From Hydrolagus affinis (Eukaryota), in the NCBI GenBank assembly GCA_012026655.1, contig JAAILG010000714.1:1-64000 (forward strand): 64,000 nucleotides of DNA, in the 5' to 3' direction. Below, piece after piece: positions 48,930 to 62,088 of this stretch; the stretch's first letter is position 1; the number at the start of each line of letters is the position of its first letter. The translations under genes and the position numbers were made by a program. The notes below the pieces were generated by a model. The model saw only the letters and a program-made list of their open reading frames with translations, was not told the origin of the DNA and did no database searches.

Positions 48930-50554
48930 CTAACAGTCATATCTATAGTCAATAGTTTCATCCAAGCTTTTGTCCTCTCGTGGACTGGCAGCTAGGAAAG
49001 TAGGTATGGGTGACCCCGTTGTCACATTAATGACACTCGCACTCGTGCTTGCACTCCGCACCACATTGCTGATGCTGGTTAAGCTGATGCCCACAGTAAG
49101 CCTGGTCTGCTCCAAGGCTTTTTCTGGCACAGCAAAAGCCTCCAGCTTTTTCTCGCCGTTGGCCATGTACGAGTTCTGGCAGCCACGGCAAATGCAGTCC
49201 AAACAGGCCTTGCGATTTGAGTAACAAGGGCATCGTTGCCCACGACATGTAAGAACACTTGGGTTTTGTGTAGCACGTCCACACTTGCACCCCTTTTTCT
49301 CTTGGGGTTTTTTGTACACTATTTTTGATGGGCTGCCAGGCATTACAGTACTGTGAACTTTCTCTTTAGTTTTAGATTTGGTTGTTCCCTGCTTTACTTT
49401 TGAGTGTGCTTTCTTTGCCCCGTGTTCTGCATGCTTTTTAACACTTTTACTGGCCGTAAGCAAAGCCTTTCCCACTTTTGGTGTGCCCCCATTTGGCACT
49501 GTGACAACAGTCTCCATGGACAACTTGGTCTCTCGTTTGGCGGGAACAGGAGCAGCAGCCCCCAGCGGTGGTCCATGTATGATGCTGGAAATGGGCAGGG
49601 GCTGAATCCTTTCACTGTCACTCTCTGATCGAGAACGCTTCCGATTCACCCGTACAATTTTGGGTGTGGCTGCTACACAGGGATTACCATGAGGGGGTGC
49701 ATTGCTAGAAACAAAAATACTGCTTTTAGGAGGCAAGGAGGTGGGTTTGGCATCTTTATGAGGTCCATTGGATGCACTTGCCTCAGAAATGGGTTGTGAA
49801 TCAGTGCTACAGGCCTCAAGATTGCTTGAAACAGTTTCTTGAAATACATGTTCACCACTGAGTAATAAACAGCCAATAGGCTTTATATCTTCATTGAAAC
49901 TGCAGAGGTCAACTCCCACTATATCCTCATTGCCACCAGAAACTGCTTTGCTAGGTATCTGCAAGCTGTCAGAAACTGCAATATCTTTGAAGTCCTCTCC
50001 AGTGCAGGATATATGAAGTCCATCAGAATTTTCTGCAGAAGAAATAGTATTTACAGCAAGTTCATCTGCAGGCAGTCCATTGCAACCAGGCAACCCATTG
50101 ATACTAGAGCAGGTCATTTCAACATTGCTTGAGACTAACGTACTGTCTGAAAGAGTGCTTTCAATGACTTGAGGTGCTGCCATTTCCAGGTCACTGATGC
50201 ATTCCGAGGTTGAGGGTGGTGGAGAATTTGACAAATGTAAAGTATTAACCGAACCAGAGGTCTCTTGCTTTCCATCATCTAACGATAGTCCTTCTTGCAA
50301 CAATGTTAAGATGTCAGGAGCACCATCCATAGCCTTAGCAAGGTGTTCGGAAATTGGTGATTCAGCTATGTATTCACATAGTTTCTTGTAGCAGCACACC
50401 AGAATGCTCAGCTGTTTATTTTCCTCAAACCGTTCGTAATCTTTACACCAGCTACATGAGGGCTTCATCATCATCTTTTTACCTTTGCAGACTTTGCAGA
50501 CATAGTGCTGACAAGTGGAGTTTGTTGGAGCAATTGGATCTTTCAATAAGTTTC
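48930..50554 (-). CDS. MSL2: MSL complex subunit 2 (E3 ubiquitin ligase), coding exon 2
   Basis: Acceptor tttttacag| at 50555. Begins NLLKDPIAPTNSTCQHYVCKVCKGKKMMMKPSCSWC (RING second half) and contains the CXC domain CKCGRATQNPSVLTCRGQRCPCYSNRKACLDCICRGCQNSY. Ends DYRYDC-TAG. Confidence 0.97.
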
Positions 50555-51144
50555 CTGTAAAAAAAAAGAAACACATCTTGATGTTCTGGAAATTAATTTC
50601 AATTCATTAAAGCTTTGGAGGCCATGGGAACATTTAGGAAAGGTTTATACAGCTCATCTCTCTTTAAGACTGCTAACTTCTTGTAAATTTATGTTTGATT
50701 GGTTGCTAGTAAATAAGCCTTATGCTCATTAGACAACTGCATTTTCTCGGAAGAAGACATGTAGACACTAGATATTAACTTTGAATAAAATTAAGCAATT
50801 TATTTATGGCAGTACTTGTACATATCGTTACCTCAATTTCTGATTATATACACAGTCAGATCACTTTACAGTATATTCTGTGAAGTGCTTTGAGACATCT
50901 CAGAAGACTTGATAAGGTCCTGTATCAAAAGCAAGGATTATATTATGTGGATTTATAATGATATCCTTCCATTTGATATAGCACCTTTCACATCAGGATG
51001 ACATCTCAAAGTATAAAGTATAGAGATTGTGTAATTTGTAGATTTATATCTATTTAAAACAAACAAGTCAACACAAAAGAGAACAGACCTGAACAATTAA
51101 ACAAGAAATCCAATCAGTGTTGCACAGCTTGCCTTGCACTCCAA

Positions 51145-51365
51145 ACAACAACAAATTACATTTGAATAGCTCCTTTCACATTAGAAGGACGTCCCAAGCC
51201 ACTGGACAGTTAAGGTTTTACACCCAAGCTGGGGGATGAAATCAAGAGGGGTGGAGGGAGAGGGGTGGGACCATGGCCGAAGCCACGGTCACAAGAGGAA
51301 GGTGCTTCAGAAGGAGGCAAGGGATGGATGAGGCAGGGAGATTCCAGGATGGAATTCCAGAGCAA
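51145..51365 (-). mobile_element. L2 LINE 3' end in the MSL2 intron
   Basis: Minus strand ctctggaattccatcc...tcccttgcctccttc (ORF2 end), 3' UTR, and tail ttgggacgtccttctaatgtgaaaggagctattcaaatgtaatttgttgttg. Confidence 0.75.
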
Positions 51366-54300
51366 AAACGCTGAGACCCAAAGATAGATGATGATAGGAT
51401 GAGATCAAATAAGCTGAAGGGCCTTCCACAACCAAACTCTTATGAAATACTTTAAACACCACTTCCTTTACATCTGAGTTTATCAATCTGTGTACTTGAG
51501 GAGCATTTATAAAACTTAACAATAAATTTCTGTTAGACAGGCCAAATATTTCTAAAATGTGCTCAATAAACTATTATATTTTAGAATAATTATGTTGAAC
51601 CAGCAAGCTTTTTTTTCTCTTTTTCTGGAATAAATCAGTGTGACTGCATATTTTGTCTGCAAACAGAGCAAGCTGAAAGACATTGTGCCCCGAATGCCAT
51701 GTTATTCAAGAGGCCAACAGTGTGTTAACATTTTGAAATTCATTGTCTCTTCTTCCTTAACAGGCAGTAAGTTCCCAAACTTCATACTTAAGTTTGTATA
51801 CATATCATTTATTAATAATAAATTTATTTTACAATAAAAAGTAAAATTTTATTTCATCATAAAATGAAATGTTTAAAGAGATTTCAAAATGAGTCCATTC
51901 CCTTTGAATGCAACACTTCGTAAGGTGTCTCACAAAAACAGAAATGTCAGTTTCCAAGCTTCTTCCGGTCCAATGATATGCAGGCTTGTATGCTTTCTAG
52001 AAGTATTTATGTTGCAATATAAATGCAGCAGAATCTTAAATAAAATTAACTAAAAATGTTATGTCAAATGCAGGAAGTAAATTTGGAGAGATTTGCTTTT
52101 GTCATTTAAACTAATTGTATACACATTTTGCAGATTATCCCCATTCTTTTTTTCTCCAATACATAGTAAATGACCTTACCTTTGGCTCTTTGCCCAGAGC
52201 TTGGCGCCCAAACAATGAGGCAGACATATAAACTGCATCAGGCACCAGCTATCCATCTCTTACAAAATCTGCTTATGTAATACATGGATGAAAATAGGTG
52301 GGCGGGCCTTCCTAAAATTACTTTTTCTAAAGAAAATTGAACTTTTGATTTCACTGCCTCAAACTCAATAGGACACTAAGGTGATCAAACAACAAAAACA
52401 ACAAAATTACACTTGTATAGCGCCTTTCATGTCTAACCCCCACCCCCAATATGTGCCAATGAAAAAAAAAGCATGCTTTACAAGAATCATCATTTCTACT
52501 CATACATTTAAATATTATCATTATTTTTATGTAACCTGAAGTAATTTACTGAAATTGCATTTGCCTTGACAATTGTATTGTTTAAAGAAAATTATAATAA
52601 TACTCCCTCCTTATAAGAAATCACCTGAATGGACCCATGCAATCTCAAATGTTATATTAATAACAGAAGAATATTTTTATTCCTCATTTTATGTTTGCAA
52701 TAGCCTTTATACGCTATCATAATGTTTATAGATAAAAACACAATTATTCTATTTATATGCAATAGTTATTCTGAAGCTCTTCATGCTTATATAACAATAA
52801 TCCTTGTATTCGATATAGCGCCCTATCACGTTGTTGACGTCTCAAAGCACTTCACAGAATATACTGTAAATTGAATCGACTGTATATTTTATTACATTAA
52901 CTGTTGAATGTCAGTACCACATACACTATGATACAAAATCGTTCCTCTTGACGTGAAAGGTTCTTTACAAATGTAATTTTGTGGTTGTTGTCAAATATTG
53001 AAACTTAAAAACAAATTATACTCAGCATGCCTTTTTTTCAATAAAATAAATGTCAACTGTGTGTAGGTAAGATCTGATATGAGCGAGAGAATACCAGTGC
53101 CTCACCTTAGAAGGCAGTGTGCTTATCGATTCCTCTTACAATAGTGCCAACCTTGGCTGTGTTTACAAAATAAGGTACCAAACAGGGGCCAGTTGCTTCT
53201 TTTTAAGAAAGAACGGGGAAACCAAAGTCAGAAAACAGGTCACTCTCGACTGCCCTGACAGGCAGAAGCCACGAAAATTGAAGGTTACTGGAGAGAAAAG
53301 TATAAAGAGCAACGACTGATTCTTGAAATAATGTCTGAAAAGTTTTCACAAAATGAGAAATAAAAATGAAGTGAATATTATGCAAGCAAACCCAACAGCT
53401 ATAGTGGTATTCTTAAAGTAAATCGATTAATTCCGATTCAGACACTAAAGAGTTAACATAATGAGATGGGTGTGAGTAGCATAATCAGCAAGCGGAATAG
53501 TTAAATTTCCTCGAGGACTTTTAACTGTTCTATACATCGATCGAACGTTTCCAACAGTTGTATAAAAATAAACTATCGCCCAATCTATATTTTAGGGAGT
53601 TGCAGAGGAAGACAGGTGTCTGAAAATACTTGCCTTTAGGAGCGGAAGATGTTACTGAGCTGAACTTGCCGTGTTTCTAGATCCCAGAGCAGACACGTGT
53701 GCGTGTTTACTTTTGGGCAGAACATAAAACGCGTGGTCTTTAAGTATCATAGGCCTATCCCCGCCTACTTTAGCAACGCAAAATAAATCACGCCTTTTAA
53801 CTAAAAGAAAATCAATGTAAACTTACCCCTAACCAGATAAAGGAAACTTGCAACATGAATGCACCATATCGCAAATAGTTTACTATATACAAATGGGTTA
53901 AGTGGTTTTACATGAAAGTCCTTCCGATCAAATTTCCCCCCCCCCCCACCCCTTCGCGTTTATATTGAACAATACTTGCCACTTCCAAACACTAATTTTT
54001 TTTAATCAACGTTGAGCCATTTTGCAAATGTATGCTATCACAGACTAATAATATCTCAATCCGAGTAGGGGATGAAAATAATTTCACTGGAATATCGAAA
54101 AATACCAAGTTAAATTGGTTACCCGAATGCACACAACATAAAAATGATCGATCTTCAGTAACATGTAGTAAATTTTGTTTGTAAAACAATGGAGTTAAAG
54201 TTATGTTCCTTTCGCCTATACTACCCAAGATCTCAGATATATCAGGCAAGAAACTTCACAACTCACAAAAATGTTAAGACATTCTTTCAGATAAAGACAA

Positions 54301-55199
54301 CCACCTGACTTTGTCTTTTATTCGTAATAGTTTCTAAATCACCGAGTCTTCAGAGTAACAGAAACCCTCACTGTTTATATTGAAAATCTTATCCTAAATT
54401 CCCAGCATCGCGAAGCCTTCACCGGAAATCAAAGCGGGGATATTAATTAATATGCCAATTAATAAATGGAGTATGCTCACACAAATGCAAGCGATTTATT
54501 TGTAATGATATGTCCTGTACTGCTGTATTAAATGATCTGCTGTTGTTGTATTAAATGATCTCCTAAAATAGCAATGGTATTCCCAACATAATTTCCCCAG
54601 ACTGTTTAACCATGAACCCCAGCATCGTAAACAAAGTGAAAGGAGATTTATCTTGAGTAAAATTGTACAATATTTACTTTAAGGTCATTTGCAAATGTAC
54701 TGCAGCCCCTTTCAAATGGATTTCTGCAAGAAGAAATGCAAATCCTTATATTCCAAAGCTCTGTCAGAAAGCCATGGTGCAGTGCAAAGAATAAATCTTA
54801 TACAAGCGGGAAAAGGCTCCACAATACGTAAGGAGGTGAACGAATAGAGACCAAGAGAGAATCACCCATTAAGTTTGATATTTTCTTGTTTTTAAAAAAA
54901 GTAACCTAGCATTTCAAAACGTAAACCTTTTTTAAAAAATAAAGAATTAAATGCAGATTATAATTATGTTCAGCAGAGCAGGCCTCTGGTGCAATGCACA
55001 AATCGTCCACATACAGAACACACACACATACACACACAACACGCATATGGGGGGAAAAACAGAGGGAAAGAGAGAGAAACTGGATCGCATGAGGTTTAGA
55101 GCAATTCGCTCTCACACTGCAGCCAGCCACTAATAGGGATGCATAAGTGTGTGTGTGGGTGGGGGCATTTTTAAATCCTTGTCCAGTACTGGGGTTATT

Positions 55200-55220
55200 T
55201 TGTGTGTGTGTGTGTGTGTG
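55200..55220. repeat. (TG)n microsatellite next to the MSL2 exon 1 donor
   Basis: Directly visible. Confidence 0.9.
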
Positions 55221-55232
55221 TTAAATGCTCAC

Positions 55233-55374
55233 CGCAGACACAACAGGAGAGGGACTGGCGCAGGTAGGGCAGCAGTTTGTAGAGATCGGAGAAGGAGCCG
55301 GGCTCTTGCGGCTCGCACTGCATGATGTAGCGGCAGGTCGAGACGTAAAGACTAGTGGCGTTCACCGGATTCAT
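55233..55374 (-). CDS. MSL2: MSL2 coding exon 1
   Basis: gccgccATG; MNPVNATSLYVSTCRYIMQCEPQEPGSFSDLYKLLPYLRQSLSCCVC(G)|gtgagc. 142 nt, phase 1 fits exon 2; total 588 aa. Confidence 0.95.
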
Positions 55375-57111
55375 GGCGGCAGCGGAGGAGGCGCAGCTCA
55401 GGCCCTTCTTCTTCTGGTGTTGCTGCTGCCGCCGCTCAGCGTTACCGAGGATGGGACACAGAGGGTTTCTTCCACGCTTTTTTCCTCGACGCCCACTTTC
55501 GGTGGTGGTGGCGGCGGCGGCGTTGCTAATGTCCATTTAAAGCGAGGTGTTGGCGGCAGCGCAGGTGGTGGCTCCTTCCTGCTGCTCGGCTCGGATCCGG
55601 CGGCGGCTCCGTTGTTGCTCGCCCACAGCCATAACAACATCAATAACAACAGTTGCAGCAGGCAGCAGCGGTGGCCATTGCATCCAGAAGCGGCGCGCCT
55701 TCCATTCGAGCTTGGCTCCCAACTGGCTAACTCGACAACGGGACGGCCTTGAGTCGCCTCACAGATCTCGCCATTCGCGAGAACTCACTCGCCTTTACTA
55801 CTACTACTACGCCGCCGCCTCCTCCTCGTCGTTTCCTTCCTTCTCTGCGCCGAGCTCAGCTTTCGGTGTAAACCATTCAACTCACCCTTCACCACCACCG
55901 ATCACGGCGGGCGACACGGGGGAAGCCTCCGCTCCCCGGGAGGAGGAGGAGGAGGGGAATGTGGAGGAAGGGAGGGAGGTGGGGAGCGTGAAGAGAGGGA
56001 GAGGCGGAGGAGGGGATTATACAGAAGCAAAGGAGAGACTCAGTCGCTCGCACTCCGCCCCGACACCATTATTATTATTATTATGGCGGCGCTGCTGCTG
56101 CTTCTCCCTTTCGCCGCCGTTGCTTGAAACGGTCGGTGTGTGTCTCGCGGGCTGGGTCTGCGGGAGGGAGGGAGGGAAGCGCGAGGCGGCCGTTGCTTTT
56201 TAAAACGGGCGAAACGTTCGATTCCAGCGGAGAGGGGGGGAGGGGGAGGGGGGTTAGAAACGGAAAAGGGGCTCGAGCCGTGGTCACGTGACGGCGGAAA
56301 AGTGAGGGGGGGGGAAAACACGGAGTGTCCGCTGCACTGCCTGATTTTTTTTTACACACTAAATATGTGTAACACGCCCAATCCCTCACCCCCCCATCCC
56401 TTCACATCACCACAAGCTATTGCATTAGAATTATAATCCCTTCTCTCCGCCGCCGCCCTCCCGTTTTATATTCTACCGATCTGAAGAAAATTCAATTTTC
56501 CGTTGTGCGTCGCCTCCGCCATGTAATCTCAGTGTAGGTTTTGCTTTCAATTTAAAAATGACTCCAGTTTTGCTGCAATGGTTAAACAGTTATGGATTTT
56601 ATGTCAGATTGGCTCCGCTCCCTCTGAGCGAAAAAAATACATTTACGATTTGCTTATCCCGCTTCTCTTTCTATATAACTATCCACCAGGGGAGTGACCG
56701 CGACGCTGGAGATATAAGAATACACTGCGAGCCGCGCAATTGCTCAGTCAATACTACAGATAAGCCTTGAGGTCTTTCGATTTTATACGGGGCTCGTCCG
56801 ACTCGCGGAGGCCGCTGGGAGTTGTAGTCGGCGGGGTGACTGGCGCTGCTCTGCTGTCACGTGGCCGCGGCTCCCTGAGAACTCCAGCTCTACCCGCCCA
56901 CAGGCGGACTGCTCCAAAAAAAACACACCTCTACGCATGCGTTTTGCAACCTAACCTGCTGCCTGGTCTTTGATGGGTGGAGCCCATCTCGCCGTTCCCC
57001 TGCTGTCCGTCTGAGAACGCCATTGGCTGTTTCGCCGTGTCAATCAACCGGTCGATCAAGTTTGGTTGAACGGGAGCACAGCCTCTCTTTTTCTCACTCT
57101 CGTCAGTGGTC

Positions 57112-57339
57112 ATGGCGGCACTGACAGGAGCACGGAGTGTTTTATGCCGACTCTGGAGTGGAGCGTTGCGCTCGGCTAAGCATTTTCCTCCTTTAGCTGA
57201 GCTGAACAGAGCCGCCGCCGCCGAGCGCAGACAGTGGTATTCAGTCAGCAACCTGTCCGTCCATGAGAGGATCGAGAGGAAGCGTCAAAGGGCAATACTC
57301 GGAGGAGGTCAACATCGAATAGATGCTCAACACAAGAGG
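57112..57339 (+). CDS. PCCB: Propionyl-CoA carboxylase beta chain, mitochondrial, exon 1 (transit peptide)
   Basis: gtcATGGCG; Arg/Ala/Leu/Ser-rich presequence, then [28 protein letters not shown]|gtgggt; 228 nt. Confidence 0.93.
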
Positions 57340-57488
57340 GTGGGTTTGAGTTGTTGTGAAGGATGTATTTTTTGTGGGGTGGGGGCCTGGTGAAGGGCGT
57401 TGAGGGGGAAGGAAGCAAGGGGCACCTAGAAGTTTACAGCTGGGGTCAGTGCACTGATCTCGGGACTGTTCTGTCCTCTTCCCTTTCT

Positions 57489-57911
57489 AATAATAATAAA
57501 TAATAATCCTTGCATTTGATACAGCGCTTTCCGCATCTTCTAGACGTCACAAAGCGCTTCACAGAGTGTAGTGTAAAGTGAATTGACTATATATATATGT
57601 GGGTGAAACGTGGCAGCATTAATAATCCTTGTAGCGCCTTATCACGTCTTCGAGGCATCTCAGAGCGGTTTGCGGAATATGACTGTCAAGTGAATTGAGA
57701 GCATATTTTGTGGGCGCAACGCGGCAGCCTCTCGCGCACGCCAATGTCCCCACAAACAGCTGTGGATTCGAGCGATTATTATCAGGCTTGTGTGCGTGCC
57801 TGCGCGCGAGGAGTAAGGAAACTTGCCCAAGGTTTCGCCCTGACCTGCCTGGAATCGAACCCAGGTCTCGCTTGCAAGGCGAGTGCTCTAACCACCGAGC
57901 TACAGGACTCC
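57489..57911 (-). mobile_element. Full SINE (57619-57911) plus a tandem 3' half (57489-57617) in PCCB intron 1
   Basis: CpG-retaining head GGAGTCCTGTAGCTCGGTGGTTAGAGCACTCGCCTTGCAAGCGAGACCTGGGTTCGATTCC. Confidence 0.88.
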
Positions 57912-59372
57912 TTCTCTCCCCATCCTCACCCTGGTGAGTGGAGCTGTGTGGTTTTGTGGTGGTCAAACTTGGATTCGAGGTGTCTCTTCACCGCTAATCA
58001 CAGATACGCTTGATCACAGGCCTCAGTTGGTATGTCCTCCCTCACCGCAGCTCATTCATGTCATGTAACCTGTTCGCATGTCTGTCCAAAAAAAAGTAAC
58101 ACATCTGATCAACAATGGCTGTTGGGTGGTTGGTCACTGAAATTGCACCATACGGTCTATTGAAAATTATTTGTCATCTGTTTTTTTGGGGTTGGTGGGG
58201 GGTGGGTCAGTGAATTCTCACAGCACATATGGACTTTACCCTTGATGTCTCTGCTATGAAGGACATCTTTGACATTCAGTATGCGTGGGAGAACTCGCAA
58301 ATCCCCATCAGGTATTTTGTTGGCAAGTCAAAGATCTTGTGATGATTTCTCTGGTGGACTTAAGCTATCCATTAATTATAGAAATTTCTTTGTGAATGTT
58401 CAAGGTTCACAGTCTAGACCAATGAACTATGTCACTAACATTTTCACAAGGAGTTGATTGGCTCTCCACAGTGTCACCAGTGAAGCAGTTCAGGAGTTTT
58501 AATTATGTACTGTACATCCCAATATGATTTTAAACCAAAAGGGTTTCTTTTATGACTTTGTGTATATTGTGTTGAAGTTGAGTTCTAAAATTTGCAAACA
58601 TTTAAAGTTTTAATCAATAAATCATTCAATTAAAAAATTAAAATGTAACATTTAGTTATGATGCCACAGTAATCGTTGAAGTACTATTCGGGCAGTTAAT
58701 GGATATGGGGCTATTTGCATTTATTTGTTTAATTTGAAGGATTAAACAAATATTATTAAATATATTATATTGAAGACTGATACTCTAGAAATAACAATGT
58801 AATTTTTCAATTGTAAAAGAATGGGTGAATCCATGTTGTTATTGTTTTAACAAGTTTTTTTTACTAACATGTGAAAGGCACCATACCACTATACTATCAT
58901 TATTATTACTCTTCCCTAGATGCTATCTCACTCTGCTTCGATCCGCATCAGTAATTTGGAGAACATTTTCAATTCAATAGGTTTTTTTTTGTAATCCATT
59001 TTATTTATTCTAAATTATTGTCCTACTTCCTACTGCCACCTTAATCTCCCAAGCAGGAGGTTCCAGAACTAAATCAATGTATAATTGTATTCATTATAAT
59101 TATTATACAATTATACAGCTGTATAACTGGGGATGAATTACTCAATGGGCTTTTAGGAATTCCTTACATCAAATGGTGTCATAGTTTCCATGTGAAACAA
59201 AATATTTTTAATGTTTATACTAAAAGAAGCACTTTCAGATTGTTATTATTTCAGATTGAGTAATCCATCAAAATGGACCATGTTCTTCCATTTCTAGGAA
59301 GAATCCTGATTTCAGACAGTGACAGTATATATAGTGATGGCCAGCTAGTAATTTATGTTTGTGCTTACCCAG

Positions 59373-59492
59373 GGAAAGCTGACTGCCAGGGAACGTGTCC
59401 AACTGCTTTTGGATCCCGATTCTTTTGTGGAATATGACATGTTTGTGGAACACAGATGTTCAGATTTTGGAATGGCCACAGATGAAAATAAG
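59373..59492 (+). CDS. PCCB: PCCB exon 2
   Basis: [40 protein letters not shown]|gtaacc; 120 nt. Confidence 0.96.
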
Positions 59493-60478
59493 GTAACCAC
59501 ATCTGGGCTGCTATACTTCAAGCTTTTATTTATAAAACATAGAGACAATGTGTTGTTTGTGTTGTTTGTGAGTACCGGTATCTGAATTTTGCTTGGATTG
59601 CATCAGCTTTGCATTTTGTAATAATAGATAAACCTCCTTAAGTTATCCGGTACTTTTGTGAAACAGTTTGATAAATTACTGTAGTAGGACCAATTCTTTC
59701 AATGCACTGCAGCAGTGACTTGCAACTTTGTTGAACACATTTTTAATTTATATTTTGCATTTTTGAACATTTATGTTCTCAGAGGCAACGCACTCTAGGA
59801 TAGAATATAAACAATAGAAACATTAATTGTAAATTTATTTTACCATTTAGATTACAAATAAATTATTTCTGTATTAAAGTTAATTATCTTAGTGGATCAT
59901 TCGATTTGCTTTTCTTAAATAACTTAAAATATGAATAACAATAGATTTCACAACTCCTATTCAGTGTGCAGCTATGAATGAAGGACATTTAAGTGTTATT
60001 CTCTCATTCTTAATCAAGTGTGTCATCATTGATTGAAGTACTTTATCGTTCTAGAAGTTGATAAGAGTTGCTAAAGTCTACATTTCCAATGTATCATATT
60101 CTAACCATGAATGAAGCTCTGCATTCAGTTTGTACATTTAGAGAGAGTGGACCATTGGATGTTGTCTGGAGCTCAAATGTAAAAGGCACTGATTGGTGAA
60201 GCTCACTTAGCTGTCTCTGAATTATTACTGAATCAGCAGTTTCACTGAGATGGGCACCTAAAATAACAATTCATCAACACTCTACGTTTTTAATAGTTCT
60301 CTACATTTTAAATTCTTCTGTCAATAGATTTTTTTTCTTTTGAGTTTGATCAAGTCTGTGTGATTGAGTAGCCTTGTGATGTTATTTTATATTACAAAAG
60401 TACTTACTGTTCTGTTTTTAAATTGGCTTTGTTGACCCAATCTAACCTTGTTTTAGTTTACTGTTTACATTTTTTCAG

Positions 60479-60547
60479 TTTCCGGGTGACAGTGTGGTGA
60501 CTGGCCAGGGACGGATTAATGGGCGTCTAGTCTATATCTTCAGTCAG
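60479..60547 (+). CDS. PCCB: PCCB exon 3
   Basis: [23 protein letters not shown]|gtaatc; 69 nt. Confidence 0.95.
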
Positions 60548-61934
60548 GTAATCAAATGTATTTTTCTTTGAAGCTCTTGTTATTAATTTTCTTTGAAAAC
60601 CTTGTTAATTCTTTGTGTAACTTTCATAATAATGTTCTTTTTTTTCTAAGCTATTCTGTACTTTTCTAATTGAGTATAAATTCAAATCACAGTAGGTCAC
60701 TTTCAAATGTACAATATTTTGCAAGGAAATAACTTTTTTCCACACCCTAGGGGAGATGCTGATTTGTGTTTATTATATTATATATACATTAATTATGTAA
60801 TATATAATATTGGCAATTTTTTCTCACAGTTGGGGAAGGAAAATAACACTGCAACCCCATTAGAGCTTTATTGCATCTCCAAACCACAGGATGTAGAGTT
60901 ACATTAGAGGAGGCCATGGAGCACTTCTCAAGTTTAATAACCTGTAATTGAAAAGTATTTTTAGCTGAGAAAATACTGCCCATTAATTAGATCTGATTAC
61001 TTCTGAATTTGAAGACTTCAAACTATTTTGGCTGCAGTGGGGTTAAATGTACTTTATTATTCATTAGGGTAGTTTAACTGAGTGTGTCAGTATCTCTATA
61101 ATTGAATACGCAGCCTGACTCTCTTTGTCTCAGCTTTATCTTATTTGTGTGGAAGTAATTGGAATAGGTGAGCGAGACAGCGTTTTTTGATACAAGGAGT
61201 AGACTATATCTGCTTCCCATGAGCTTAATTGGCGTTGCTCTGTGTAGAACTAAGCCACAATAGCGTGAGCAGTGCAAACAAATTTCAATAATAATAATGG
61301 TAATCTCTGCTTTTTCCAGGATTAGAGCAGTGCATGAAAATGTCTAGAGCAGTAAACTAAAGTGTGTTACTGTAGGTTACTACTCAAATAGTGATATCAT
61401 CCTCAGTACTTTAGTTTGTTTTCCTTACCGCTCTCATTAAATCATAATGATATGATCATTCTGACGTCTTAGACATTGGAGATTTGAATAAGAAAAAAAA
61501 TTGCTCTCTGGGGATTCATTAAATTTCCAAGCAGTATTTGGCAGCAAATCTTCATAAGAGAGATCATATGAAAAACTTCATGGGGGTTAAACATGTGAAC
61601 ATTTTATTGAACTACAGGAAATATTTTGTGGACTGATTAAACTAACTTATAATTTGGATATGTATAAATGGAAATTCTGCTGCTAGCTTCAAAACCCAGG
61701 TTGTATTTCAATTTGGACAAGTAAATGGGTGTATACATTGTACAAATATTAAGTATTTGCAGTTAAGCTACAAAAAATCAAGGTCCTTATTATCTAGTGA
61801 GAAATTTCCATACCTTGTTTCTTGAGAATACATACATTGTATGCCAAATGTTCCAGTAATCAGAACTTATTATCGTTTGGTTCACAGAGTGAAAGACGAA
61901 AAACATTCTACATTATAATTCCTTTCTTTGGCAG

Positions 61935-61991
61935 GATTTTACAGTATTTGGCGGAAGTTTGTCAGGCGCTCATGCTCAGAAGATCTGTAAG
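61935..61991 (+). CDS. PCCB: PCCB exon 4
   Basis: [19 protein letters not shown]|gtaagg; 57 nt. Confidence 0.96.
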
Positions 61992-62088
61992 GTAAGGGAT
62001 AAGAAGATCGATGTGCCAAATGAAGAACACTCAACCAGACATTTACTGATGTCTATTATATTATTGGGCCTACATTGTCAACATGATA

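Larger units (their letters stand above)
55230..57340. promoter_or_regulatory. CpG island / divergent promoter region of MSL2 and PCCB
   Basis: Abrupt GC and CpG enrichment between two divergent first exons. Contains GTCACGTGAC (56283-56292), GTCACGTGGC (56856-56865), the ZNF143/THAP11-type motif GACTACAACTCCCAGC on - (56814-56829), a CCAAT box on - (57022-57026) and YY1-like ATGGCGG cores. Confidence 0.8.

Noticed and set aside
50555-50576. Start of the 548-aa ORF (MCFFFFT)
   Set aside because: This is the intronic polypyrimidine tract; the real N-terminus is exon 1 at 55374.
55225-56436. Long + strand ORFs (175 aa, 218 aa, 98 aa) and overlapping - strand ORFs in the CpG island
   Set aside because: GC-rich, low-complexity, stop-poor sequence antisense to the MSL2 leader and promoter; no recognisable domain.
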